Of a stretch of DNA of 64,000 nucleotides, positions 1 through 11,900 are shown in pieces. Position numbers and translations under genes: made by a program. Source of the DNA: Chiloscyllium plagiosum (Eukaryota). The number at the start of each line of letters is the position of its first letter. Position 1 is the stretch's first letter. Under the pieces are notes generated by a model that was not told where the DNA came from, ran no database searches, and saw nothing but the letters and a program-made list of their open reading frames with translations. The stretch spans positions 3,681,462 through 3,745,461 of the forward strand of contig NC_057755.1 of assembly GCF_004010195.1 (NCBI RefSeq), written 5' to 3'.

Positions 1-1602
1 ATTCAGTTCTCACTGCTGTCTCATAACCAGCACTGTGCACAAAACCGCAGCAGGGAGCCAGCCAGTGCCTTATGTAGTTCCAGTGTTACAGGTCGGGAAA
101 GTGTGCGGTATTTTTTTTTGTTGGCGCTGGTGCGCAGTGAGAGAGAAGTAATGTTGGGAGGAATAATATGTAATTACATCTCAATGTGAATCTCTGATCG
201 GGATCTGTGGCATATGATGGATCTGAACGGATATTCTTTGGGCACAATTTATTTGAGGTTTGGGTGTAGTTTATCAGTTTCAGACAGTCTAAGTGTTTAA
301 CAGACTCCCTTCTGTTTTGATATCAGGTGATTAATTACAGAGCACACCTCGATACTCGACAGAAATCCAAGCTGATGACACATGACCTTGTTTGTGTTGA
401 TTTAACAAAGTGATCTCTTGCTGTATCGTAAACACACAATGCTGTAAATATTACATCCTTTAAAAATGAAATTTATTGCTAAAGAAATGATGGTAAAGCA
501 GAATAAAGCAAACTACGTACGTATAAAACAGATTTAAAGGCAATGAACACACAGCAGAAGTATAATTGTCATTAATCTCAAAACAATGCATATATGAAAC
601 GAAAGGCCACGATTTTCACATTTTACACAAAACCCGACTCCCAGTTCCGTTCAAACAAAACAGCCCTCAAAACATATTCACACCAGAATCGTCGTATCTA
701 TCACTTGGCAAAATGACTTTTGACTGCCAATTCTCAACTGGAATTGCAGTCAATTTCTTACTGGAGCTACCGCACATCTGAGCATCAATATACTCAGCTT
801 AAAAAAAAATCTTCAGAGCTTTTCTTTGGTCACAACACTACAGTCTGTGGCTAACACAAAACCTTCACTCCAAGGTAATGCTATTTACGAAAAGTCTCGT
901 TTCGTTTGCATAGGCACAGGTCTATGCAGCCACTCAGTTCCAGGGTCTTACAGCAACAAAACTAAATGATAAAAATGATAAAATTGAAAGTAAAGCTTTC
1001 TCAGTAAGGATTTCTTCCTTAATTGAAAATTCCAGAACTCACCTACAAAGTTTTTGAGGCCCCATTATGCCATGTTGGGTTGCAACCATCAAAACTTAAC
1101 AAAAGCTCATTCGCACACAAAACCATTCAGCCCATCGCCAAACTTCAAACGCAATCTTTAAAAGAAACTGCAGCAACTACACAAATAAATCCAAGGCAAC
1201 TATAAACTTTAGATGCACAGAGAAGCCCACTGCTTATTCACTTCAACACCAGAACCAAACACAAACTCACTAATATTGCACTCTCTGCATATAATATCAT
1301 CGCTCTCTGTTTCCAAAGTGATTCCTTGCCTTAATTCCATTGAAACTCTCCGTAGTCTACGATTGAAATGGGCATTTCTGGAAGGTTTTCAGGAGAGATG
1401 AATAATATCCCAAGCAATTCCTGTGGAATCTGCGATGACACGGTTTCCATAGGGTCCCTGTAATCTGATGATAAATTACCGAGCTCCAGCCATTGTGTGA
1501 ATTTTGGGCACAACCTATCTATATATCATTGTCAGTGACAGAGTGAACCCGAAGCCCACCATCAGACAGATTGACACAATTTCAATGGTGTACTGCACTT
1601 AC

Positions 1603-1669
1603 CGGGGATTGTTACAATCGCAAGGGTCATATAAAATAATTTCCGCAAGTAATAAAGTGAAAATGTCAT
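1603..1669 (-). CDS. Coding exon 1 of GPR139-like orphan GPCR (unit 1); exon 2 expected left of the window
   Basis: ATG at 1669 gives MTFSLYYLRKLFYMTLAIVTIP+G (22 codons + 1 nt), then a GTAAG donor (1602-1598). Length, phase and the IP-G|GTAAG end match the exons at 35267 and 63125. Confidence 0.75.
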
Positions 1670-1743
1670 TTTCTGCCTGAAACTCTGTGCGCAGGCAATC
1701 TCTCTGTACTCAATGCGAGGTGATGTAATCTCAAAGCCTTTCA

Positions 1744-1749
1744 TTTATA
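1744..1749 (-). promoter_or_regulatory. TATA box of unit 1
   Basis: TATAAA on the minus strand ~75 nt upstream of the ATG, conserved in the duplicate at 17430-17435. Confidence 0.5.
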
Positions 1750-3527
1750 CCTGCTGGCATCGCCTGGGGGACAGTTACATTACAATGTGTTTCACTTCAT
1801 TTATTTAAGAATTTGAACAAACAGGTGACAGCGGTGAGTTAACTCCCAGTGGCAGCAGATTATTTTTACAACTGTGGTTTATACGAATATATCTATCGAA
1901 TTCTCATTTCATGTCAGTGTTGTCCTCCCCTTGACTTTGATCATTTGGAAATTAAATCCCAGTTGTTGAGTGTCTCTCTGAGAAACGTTCTCTTCAACAC
2001 TGGGATGTATTTTCCATGGTTATCAGCGACCATTCTGTGAAGGGATCATCGTTGGTTAATGGTTTCTGTCGGTCTCAATGAATATATCATCGCAATTCCT
2101 CTCCTTGTGCACAGACAGTGTCTGATTCGAACATAATTTCTCCACACAAGGCAGTAATTGAACCAGGTAAAAATAACTCAATGAAAAATGCCCTCAAATG
2201 TTACATAAGCTCCAATCAATACAGAACCTGCTACCAAGGTAAGAGCGCCCCGGACATGTCTCAGAGCTAACTCTGTATCACACATGATCCCTAAAGCAAG
2301 ACGTCGGGATGAGTTATTCTCTGTCACCTGCAGTGTATTACACATGTCCAGAGAAGAAACCTAACATCTTACGGATGATGGGATAGAACAGTTTCAAGCG
2401 AGATGGAGGAGTGAGGCCAAGGAGGGATTTGCAAATACAAGGATGTAGAAATGTACAATTCTGGAAATGATTGAGTGGGGTCAATGTTTTCAAATACGCC
2501 CGTTGAGGTGGGGAAATGGGACTTGGTGTGAGGACTGATAGAGGAGAAAAAACAGAGCAGGAGTAAATATGTCACTACCATAATGTCAGGCTGGTATTAG
2601 CGAGTGACACAATGATCTTTTCTTGCGACACTGACATTGATAATCTCTATCAATGACTTAGATAATGGGATCATGCATTACCTTTGATCGTAATACAATA
2701 TTAAGTTGACAGTAAAAAGCAAAGGAGGATGTAGGAGCGCTGAGAAGGGCAAGGGCAGGTTCAGTGAGTACAGGAGGACAAAAGAGTCTTGCAGTATAAT
2801 GGAGAGAAATGTGAGGCTTTGTTCATTCATTTCAGTCTTGGAATAGTTTCATGCCATCGACAAAATTTCAGGCGATTTTTCTCATCCTAAAGCAAGAGGC
2901 AACAAGAAGCCTTTCGGTCCATTCATCGCCAGACGTTTCCATGATTCTTGGAAAACTTTACTCATCTAAAATCCTTTTAAATCAAGGAATTGAACCACAG
3001 GGTTTGCGTCATCTCAGTCGCTCACAATTGAACCCTTGTTGTCCAGCTATCAATCTGGTGAATAAATGCTGCATTCAAATGGACACTGAGCCCCAGCTCT
3101 CCAGTATTTACTTTCTGTTTCTTTTTTCCCTTATTTATAAAGTTAATTCGGTGTTGTGTTAACTTCAAATGGCAGCATGCACAAAGCTAACATGACTGAC
3201 TGACTCTTTCAAAATCATCAGTTTTAACTAGCCAGAGTCCAGGATGGTATATAGTCTCAACAGTGCCGAGGGTTAAGAATATCACAGAACAACCGAAGGA
3301 CATCTTGGTGGGTGGGGTTTGCTGGAGTGGGACAGGGGCTGGAGTGGGAAAGTGTGGAACATGAAGAACCCAAGATTCTGATGCACATTGGCGCCAACAA
3401 TGTCTGGGAGTGAAATCGATGCTCAGAGTCTAGCATCTTGTCATTAATCACCCTTTATTTACAAATGCACAGTTTCTGACAGTGGCCGCTCACTGAGACA
3501 GATATTCAACATCTCAATTTCCCTGTT

Positions 3528-4185
3528 GTCCACTTTCACCAGGTCCTGGCCAATCAACTCCCACAGAGTCGAATACAACTCTGGCTGGTAAGCTATCACT
3601 TCTGCGAGGCTCTCTGTTTTCTAAGGAGTCGAGAGCCTTGGTCAGCATCTCCAGAGATAGCGGCTGGTCCAGCTTCTCCCGCATGTTGTCATTTTAAACC
3701 TACACAATTGGAAGTAATGACCGGAAGCTGCGCTATCTGTGAGATTCATGTCATGTAACATGGCGCAAATGGTTTTGCTTATCCTCAGGATGTCAGGCTG
3801 AGATAATGTTACAGAGTGATTTTTCTCTCTTTCAGGCTGCTGAGCATCCAGCTCTCCCTGTGCAATTTCTCGAAGACCAAACGTTAGCGCGTCCCGAACT
3901 GTTCCACAGTGTGGACCCCGGACCGGGAGATTATCTTGATGGCTTCGGAGGTAAAGAGTGAGGCTTTCTGGCTGTTCACCTCCTGCAAATCCTCCGTGGC
4001 ATTGACACCCATGGTCTGCACTTGGAGTAGATTCTGCACGCTTTTCTGTCGTTTTGACAGTTGTCCCCATTTCTCTCTCACATTTAGAGGACCTTAGAGA
4101 ATAAAGATCCGCTTCGTGTTCCCCTTGGCTATTTACTGCAAGTCTGAGGGAGCCAAAAAGAAGGTCTTTACGGTTCTCCAACCAT
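3528..4185 (-). mobile_element. Tx1-type (L1 clade) non-LTR retrotransposon ORF2 fragment, degenerate
   Basis: Frames give QKSVQNLLQVQTMGVNATEDLQEVNSQKASLFTSEAIKIISRS and VTLSQPDILRISKTICAML, resembling the EN-RT linker of Tx1-like ORF2. Homologous to 20920-21800. Confidence 0.65.
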
Positions 4186-4594
4186 TAATGTGGGAGAGTA
4201 TAAATTAGGCCACCTTTCTCCAGAACTTGGAAGCTCGGGTTTATAAGGATATCCACTGTATGAGGATTCAAACACAAAGGTATATAGTCTGCAATGCAGG
4301 ACCAATGTGTTCAGGAGAGATGTTAGGAAGCACTGCTACACAGAAAGGGTATTGGATGGTGGGAAGCCTCTTCCACAAAGGGCAGTGGATGCTGGATTAG
4401 ATGTTAATTTTATATCTGGGATATATTTCTTTTTCTTAAGCCTAGTTAGTAAGGGATAAGGCACAAACACAAATCAGGCACTGAATGCTGTGACCTGCTC
4501 ACGGGGGCTTAATGTCCTGTTATTTAGTTCCCATGACTACAAACCGCCTCTCCCAGCCTAGAATACGATCCCTAAAGTGTGGAATTAGACCCGT

Positions 4595-4870
4595 CAGCCT
4601 AACAAGACCATGCTTACCCTCTGAAGTGTAAACCACCCAGCCACATCCCCCTGCCCTATACTTACCCATGACGAATATACCTAACCTACACATCCTTGAA
4701 CACCATGAGCAGCTCAGCCTGGCTCATTTTTCTGACCTGCATATATTTTGGATTGTGGGAGAAAACCAGAACACCCAGAGAAAACCCACGCAAACATGGC
4801 AAGAACGTGCACAGATAGTCTCCCGAGGTGAGAATCAAACCCCGATCCCTGGTGCTGTGAAACAGCAGTA
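4595..4870 (-). mobile_element. HE1-type tRNA-derived SINE, degenerate
   Basis: Homologous to the well-preserved copy at 39304-39610 (gaaaacccacgca...cctggtgctgtga). Absent from duplicate copy B. Confidence 0.75.
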
Positions 4871-5732
4871 GAAATATTGAGAAAACGTGCCATTTCGAAG
4901 TATCCACTGCATTGACATCCTACCTAAAATTCGGTGTGAATGAATGGGCAGAGCTCAGGTTTAACGCATGCAAGTCATATGATATTCAAGAGTTCAAATC
5001 TGGGCTGTGTCCTCCAACTGTGTCTGAAGCGGTGATTTATACAGGTTAAATAACAATTCACTCTCCTTTGCATTCCATTCGACTTTGGACGGCGTATTTT
5101 TGACAAACCTTCTCAACCTTCCCAGTAACTTTCCAAAAAAAAAGTGTACACCTCCAAGTCTTGATATTAAGTCCCCACCAGAATTCAGCCACTTAATTTA
5201 TATTATCTCCACCGAAAAGAATGAAGCGTTCTTACTTCCAACATTATCTGCCATTTGCCTGCCTATTTCACTAGTTAAAGGGGTAAAATGCACATGAACA
5301 TATGGAGAACAAATAGGCAGAGACTTAGACATTTCATGGACTGATTTTTTAAAAAAATTCAGGGGATAAAGCATTGCTTAGTTTTCAATGATGAATGAGT
5401 CTGCTGTTGGCATAAACAGACCCAACAATACTGGGATGGAAAGAGGCCATTCAACTCCTTCTCTACTCTGTCCCACACGAACAGGATGAGGCTATTCAGT
5501 GCCTTCTCCAGTCTACCCCACTGGAAAAGGTTGGCCATTCAGCTCTACTCCGGCCTGTTACTCTGGTACAGGAGGCCATTCAGCTCTGATTTATTTGCAT
5601 AGATGCTGGCAGATGTGCTGATTTCTTCCAAGAATTAGCTTTTGCTTCTGATTAAGAGCATTAACAGTTCCTTCAGCTTTTATTCAGCCCCTTCTCGGGC
5701 CTGTTACACAGGACGAGATCTTCAGTGAGATA

Positions 5733-6070
5733 AAGGTGATGGCTTAGCAGAATTATCGCTCTCTATTCAGGCAGGCAACCAAATCAAGTTCTGGACACTC
5801 AAGTTCAAATATCGCTGTGGAAGATGATAAAGTTTAAACACAATGACTATTGAAAATTTAAGAGTCGAATGATGAATTCAAGTCGCTTGTTAATGAGTTC
5901 ATGCATTTCAGAGGGGGGAATCTGCATCCTTACTCGGTCAGAAGTGCACATGTCTCCAGACGTACAACAACGTGGTTGACACTTAACAGCGCTCAAAGTA
6001 ATTTTGGATGGCAATCAATGCTGGTGCTGGCCAGCGATGCCCTCATCCTGTGACGAAATTATAAAAAAAA
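5733..6070 (+). mobile_element. SacSINE1/DeuSINE-like SINE
   Basis: tRNA-like head (gttcaaat), central block ggaatctgcatccttac...gtggttgacacttaac, A-rich tail. Paralogue at 24410-24740. Confidence 0.6.
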
Positions 6071-6449
6071 CTCTTCTTGAGAACGATGCAGCGGAAGTAG
6101 AGGAGGCACTTTTGCTCATTCTGAATTGGTAAAGATGAAGAGCAGAAGGCCTTTCATTCCTACTCCTGAGCACAAGAAAAGCAGAAGGGCATAACGTCAG
6201 TCCACACTGTTCGACATGATAAAGCAAAGATAGGAGGGAAAGGGAAGGCACGAGGAGTAGGGTTGTATGGTGTGTAATGACAACTGGAATGGGAATGAGT
6301 GAGCAGTCGGTGAGATGAGAAGAGGTAGTCCCGGGAGACAGTGCAACACGGAGGCAATTGTTTGTGGGAATGGACGCAGTGAGAGCCAAGACTCAATGTT
6401 GATGTCTGGAAATTTGAAGAGAGGACTGTGCCCATCACCACCACTGCCG

Positions 6450-7570
6450 TCAAATTGATTAAAGCGAGAAATAGTCTCTATTTCCCTGTATTTATTCATT
6501 GCTATTGCCCTGCATTTTGCCACTCAATGTCCCTATATTTAAGCATTTATATTTCTCTGTATGCAAACCTTTCCCTGTTAATTTGCATTTACTTATATCG
6601 CTGTTCCCTTGTATGTAACCCACACTCTTCCCCATTGTTTAAATTTCTCCTGATTTCTCTTTCATCTTCTCTCTCTGTATTTGAAACTTTCCCTATTACT
6701 CTATATTTAAGACTTTATCTGCATTCAGTCCTCTCTATTCCCTGCGCTGTAAGTAATCCTCTTCTTCTTAGTCTGCTATGAGTACAACCCTAATAACTCT
6801 TCACTTAATCCTGTCTTCTCCTACGTTTAATCCTCTCTATTCCCCTCTATCAAAGCACCTCCCTCTTACCCTGTTTTTAATCCTCTCCATTTTTCGCTAT
6901 TTAATTATGCCCCTATTACTTGACATTTAATGCTCTCATAACTACTCTCCACTGACCCTGCTAAATTTAAACCCTACCCATCACAAACTTTGACAATCTC
7001 TGCATTCAGGTTACTCCCTATTGTTCTCTAATTAACCCTCTCACTACTGCTTTCTGTTTAACCCAGTACATTCTGCATTTAAATTCTCCTCTTCCCCTGC
7101 ACTGAATCCTCTTCCTGCTCTCATGTATTCAACCCTCACCTCATTGCTCTCTATTTAGTTCTCCCCCTATTTCTTAATATTAGATTCTTCCCCTTTTCTG
7201 CGTTCAACCGTATCCCAGTTGCTTTGTTTTCAATTTTCTCTCTATTATACTCCATTTTACCCTCTCTATTGCCTTCTATTGAACTCTCTATTTAACCGTT
7301 TTCCTGCTGCTTGAGAACAATTCCTCTCCCTTTTCCTGTAATTAACACTTTCCACCAACAGTTATATTCGAAACTCCATTTGAACCTTTTCGATGACGTT
7401 GTACGGAAGCCGATTTCCATATCCTCTGTGTAACCCTCCCGTTATTTTTCTCTGTGTAATCCTTTACTAATTATTGTCTATTTAATCCGATACCATTTAT
7501 CCTCCGTTGAATTCTCTCCCGATTACAATCTTTAGCCCTCTCCCTCACTCTCTCTATCTTCCCTGATGCT
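6450..7570 (+). repeat. Pyrimidine-rich degenerate low-complexity tract
   Basis: Recurrent tttaaccctctccctatt-like words over ~1.1 kb. Paralogue at 25140-26300. Confidence 0.8.
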
Positions 7571-7809
7571 CTTCAGAATGTGTGTTCTGCCCCACAATAA
7601 CCAGAGACCGGCTGTACTGTCCAAAGCATTCCATCAACCACAAACACGTATAAAGTGTTGCTGTTTGTTGCCGTCCCACTGCCGGGCGCTGGAACAGCAA
7701 ATTCATCCCACAGCACTGTGGGGGCTCAGCAGCCGATCCACTCATCAGATATAGTATTGCTGCCGGGAAGGATGCAGGCACACCTTCAAAATACACTAAT
7801 ACTTACATA

Positions 7810-7990
7810 TAAACAGAAACGGCTCCAGTACACAACTATATTTATATATCACCTGAAGCAGCTCCAACACAAAATAATATCTATACACATAAACTGGAAC
7901 AGCTCCAATTCACAACTTTTATATATAAACTGAAACAGCTCCAATTCACTACTTTGATATATAAACTGAAACAGCTCCAATTCACAACTT
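7810..7990 (+). repeat. Short tandem repeat, unit ~37 nt
   Basis: tatataaactgaaacagctccaattcacaactt-type unit, with 3 good and 2 degenerate copies. Confidence 0.85.
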
Positions 7991-8353
7991 GTAGTGAATT
8001 CTCCATTGGGTGTTCTTTGTACAATGGTACAGAGACTTCACTACAAGGGTATACAGGAAAGCCACACACACAGACCAAGTCCTAAACTATGAAAGTAACC
8101 ACCCCAACACACACAAACGAAGCTGCATCAGGACACTATTCAAAAGGGCCACAACACACTGCAGTACACCAGAACTGCAAAAAAAAAAGAAGAGGAACAC
8201 CTATACAAGGTATTCACCAAAAACGGATACCCGCGCAACTTCAACAACAGATGCCTAAGAGAAAGACCACGGAACGAGGACATACCACAACCAAAAGGAC
8301 TAGCCAAACTACCGGAGGAGACATCAAAGAAGCGCTTCGCAGGAGGCTCCCAA

Positions 8354-8393
8354 GCACTGATGATGTTGCCTAGCCAGGGGACGAAACGTTTGC
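8354..8393 (+). ncRNA. Minimal hammerhead ribozyme motif (Penelope pLTR)
   Basis: gca-CTGATGA-t-GTTGCC tagcca GGGGAC-GAAA-CG-TT-tgc: intact core, stems I and II, palindromic ACGT stem III. Confidence 0.7.
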
Positions 8394-8655
8394 AACAAAA
8401 ACTTCCAGCTCGGCGAACAGAACCACAACATACCCCTTGTTTCATTAGAGTCAGTCTCGGTACCAGAAACTTGGCTGCTCATGCTACATTCCCCTGAGAG
8501 TTCATCCACAAACTCCATCAACAAACACATCGACCTGGACCCAATATACCAACCATTACAGCGGACAGCTGAAACTGACAACTGGAAGCGGCAGGGACAG
8601 ACCACTATAAACACCGGAGGAAACATCAAAGAAGCGCTTCGCAGGAGGCTCCCAA

Positions 8656-8695
8656 GCACTGATGATGTCGCCTAGCCAGGGGACGAAACATTTGC
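8656..8695 (+). ncRNA. Minimal hammerhead ribozyme motif, second tandem copy (stem III mutated)
   Basis: gca-CTGATGA-t-GTCGCC tagcca GGGGAC-GAAA-CA-TT-tgc. Confidence 0.6.
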
Positions 8696-8984
8696 AACAA
8701 AAACTTCCAGCTCGGCGAACAGAACCACAACACCTAACAAGTATTGTAGTATTTGTGGAGAGAGAAACAGGGTGAATGGAATCATGCTTCATCAGAACAT
8801 CTTCATCTGAACATGGGTCACTGAACTCAAAACGCCATCTTAGATTTCTCCTTGCAAACAAAACGCTATAATTGCAACAAAAAGGCATGGATTTATTTCA
8901 AAAAGCGAAGTCAAATTTAAAGTGTTGATACTCAACTGCTATGGAACATTTGTTCGCTTGTTCTTAGCACTCTGGCCATGGTTA

Positions 8985-11900
8985 GACACATGGAGTAGTA
9001 TTGCACGGAAACAGACACTATAGTCTAAATTATCCATGCCGAACACAAAACCTAAATTAATCCAGTATTATTTACCCATGTACCCCTCTCAACTCTTTCC
9101 ATTTATGTACCCATCCAGATACCTTTTAAATTATGTAATTGTCCCAGCCACCACCACTTCTTCTGGTAATTCATTCCACAACCGCACCATGAAATAGGTG
9201 CCCATTCAATTCCTTTTAAATTTATCCCCTCTCACTGTAAACCTATCCCCTCTAGTTCTAGACTCCTCCATAACAGAGAAAAAGACTCTCTCTATTAATT
9301 CTTTCAATGCCTCTCACGATTTCATAAACTTGCATAAGGTTACACATCAGCCTACGATACTCCAGGGGAAACAGCCCCAGCATATTCAGCCTATTCCTAT
9401 ACTTCCAATATTCCAACCCTGGCAACATTTTTTCTGAAACTTTTCAAATTTTCTAACATTCTTGGAGGGAGAATAAAACTGCACACAATATTCTAAACAT
9501 AGCCTAACCAATGTCCTGCACAGCCACAATATGATCTCCCCATTCCTGGACTCAATGCTCTGATCAATAAACCAGAGTATACCAAACATCGTCTTCACCA
9601 ACCTCTCTATCTCAGAAATCATTTTCAATGATCTATGATCTTGCACTGTATGGTCTCTTTGTTCAGCAACAAAGCCCAGGACCTTATCAATAACTGTATA
9701 TTTCCTGCTCCGATTTGCCTTTCAAAGTGTAGCACCTCATATTCATCTAAATTAAACTCTATCTGGGACTCCTCGGATCATTGGCTCATGTGATCAACCT
9801 TCTTCTCTGTCAAATCTCACTTTATATTTGGTGTCATCTGCAAACTTACGAACTAGAATGTAAGTTGTTAATTTCAAACCATTTATATCAATGACAAAAA
9901 GCTGTGAATCTAGCATCAATTCCACTCACACCACTGGTCACAGGCCTCCAGTCTGAAAAGCGAGCCAACACCACCACTCTCTGTCTTCCACCTCCAAGCC
10001 AGTTTTGTATCCAAATAGCTGGGTCTCCCTGAGTTCAATGCCAGCTAACCTTACGAATTTGTCTATCATGACAAACCAGTTTGAACACCTTCCTGAAGTC
10101 CATATCGATCACGTCCACTGTTCTGCCTCATCAATCCACTTTGATACTTCTTCAAAAAACTCAGTTAAGTTGGTGAGACATGATAGCGCATGTACAAAGG
10201 CATGTCAACTGCCCCAAACAGTCCTTGCCATTCCAAATACATGCAAATCCTGTCCATGCAGATTCACTCTCACAGCTTGCCCACCACCAATGTCAGGCTC
10301 ACTAGTCCACACTGCCCTGGCTTTTCCTTCTCACCTTTCTTAAATAGTGGCACTATGTTCGCCAACCACCAGTCTTCCAGCGCCTCACCCAATTTTAATT
10401 GATACAAATTTCTCGGCAAGTCCCCTGGCAATCAGTTCCCTCGCTTCCCAAAGAGATTGAGAGGACACCTCATTAGGTCCTGGGGATTTATCCAACCTCA
10501 TGATTTTTAAGATATCCAGCATCACATCTGATGCAATCTCGGCATTTTTCAAGATGTCAGCATCTGTTTTCCAACATTCTGTATCAACCATGCCTTTCTG
10601 CGTAGTAAACAAAGATGCAAAATGCTTGTTTACTATTGCTCACATCTCCTGCATTTCCACAGACAGGCTGCCAAATGCTGCTTCAGGAGTTCTATTCTCT
10701 CCTGCGTTACAATTCTGTCCTTAATATACTTATGAAATCCGTTAGGATTCTCCTGAACACTTTCTGCCGAAGATATCTCACGTCCGCTTTTTGCCCTGCC
10801 GATTCCCTCTTAAGTTAACGAGTTTTGAGAAGATTTACCAAACCTTAAAAAAAGGAAATGACATTACTCTAGGAAATGATGTCACAACAGGAAATGACAG
10901 CACCCACCCAAGGAAATTCAAACAAATTCGAAAGCCAGAGAAAACACTAGTGCGAAAACACCAGTGTTTCATTCTGAGACTTATGGAATATGTTACCTTG
11001 TATGGTGACGAAATGTCTGAAAATGAACCTTCCAGCTCAGCAAGCAAACCTACATCCATTCCCTCTTAAGTATACTCCAACTCCCCTCATACTCCTGTAA
11101 GTATTGGCTTGATCTCTGCTATCTATCCCTGACATATGCATCCTTCTTTTTACCAAAACCTCAATTTTTCCCATCATCCAGCATTTCTACACCTACCAGT
11201 CTTGCCTTTCAGCCGAACAAGAACATACCATGTCTGGACCCTTGTTATCTCATTTTTGAAGGCTTCCCATTTTCTAACCATCGCTTCACCTACAAACATT
11301 TCCTTGCAGACAACTCTTGAAAGTTCTTGTCAGGTACTTTCAAAATTGGCCAATTTTTAAACTAATAGATTTATGGGCTGGCCCCCACTGACAATTCAGT
11401 CTCCTGGCCTGCCTTATTTGGTGAGAGCAAGTCAAGCTTTGAGCCTGCACGAGTATCTACATCTGCATACTGAATCAGAAACTTTTCATGTACACACTTA
11501 GCAATTTCCTCTCCAGCTCAACCCTTAACATTCTGGCTGTCCCAGACTGTGTTTGAAACGTTAAAATCCCCTGCTATTACCACTCTATTATTCTGACAGA
11601 TAACTGATAGCTTCTTTCGAATTTTGTTTCGACTTCCCACTTACCATCGTTTTCTTATTTCTCGGTTCCACATGAATATCTTCCCTGGACATAATCGCAG
11701 GAATATCCTGTCTAATTACAGCTGTAATGTTAACTACTATCAAAAACACAAATTCCCTCTTTTCTTAGCTCCCTTTCTTTCCTTACGACAGCCTTTGTAT
11801 TCTACAGCAATAAGCTGCCAGTTCTGTCCTGCCCTGAGCCATGTCTTTCTAAATGCTACGACATCCATATTCCATCTTCCTAACCATCTCGAAGTTCATC

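Larger units (their letters stand above)
650..7780. repeat. Segmental duplication, copy A (paralogous to ~16360-26520)
   Basis: Colinear blocks: 650-1860/16365-17550, 1895-3480/17790-19310, 3530-4140/20920-21480, 4190-6430/23190-25100, and pyrimidine tract plus GC block 6450-7780/25140-26520. Confidence 0.9.
8015..8735 (+). mobile_element. Penelope-like element (Poseidon-type) fragment with two tandem pseudo-LTR copies
   Basis: VYRKATHTDQVLNYESNHPNTHKRSCIRTLFKRATTHCSTPEL (RT thumb) and INKHIDLDPIYQPL (C-terminus). ~120-nt direct repeat at 8311-8430 and 8613-8732. Confidence 0.85.

Noticed and set aside
1562..1744. 60-aa single-exon ORF starting at 1744
   Set aside because: That ATG overlaps the TATA box. 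The paralogue-consistent start is 1669, and the frame is spliced at 1602.
3642..4181. 179-aa ORF as a novel host gene
   Set aside because: A frameshifted Tx1-like ORF2 remnant; the frame is not preserved in the duplicate.
10975..11020. Functional hammerheads at 10975-11020, 14715-14753, 30390-30424, 39207-39241 and 52349-52383
   Set aside because: Core nucleotides or stem II are mutated, so they are recorded only as decayed relatives.
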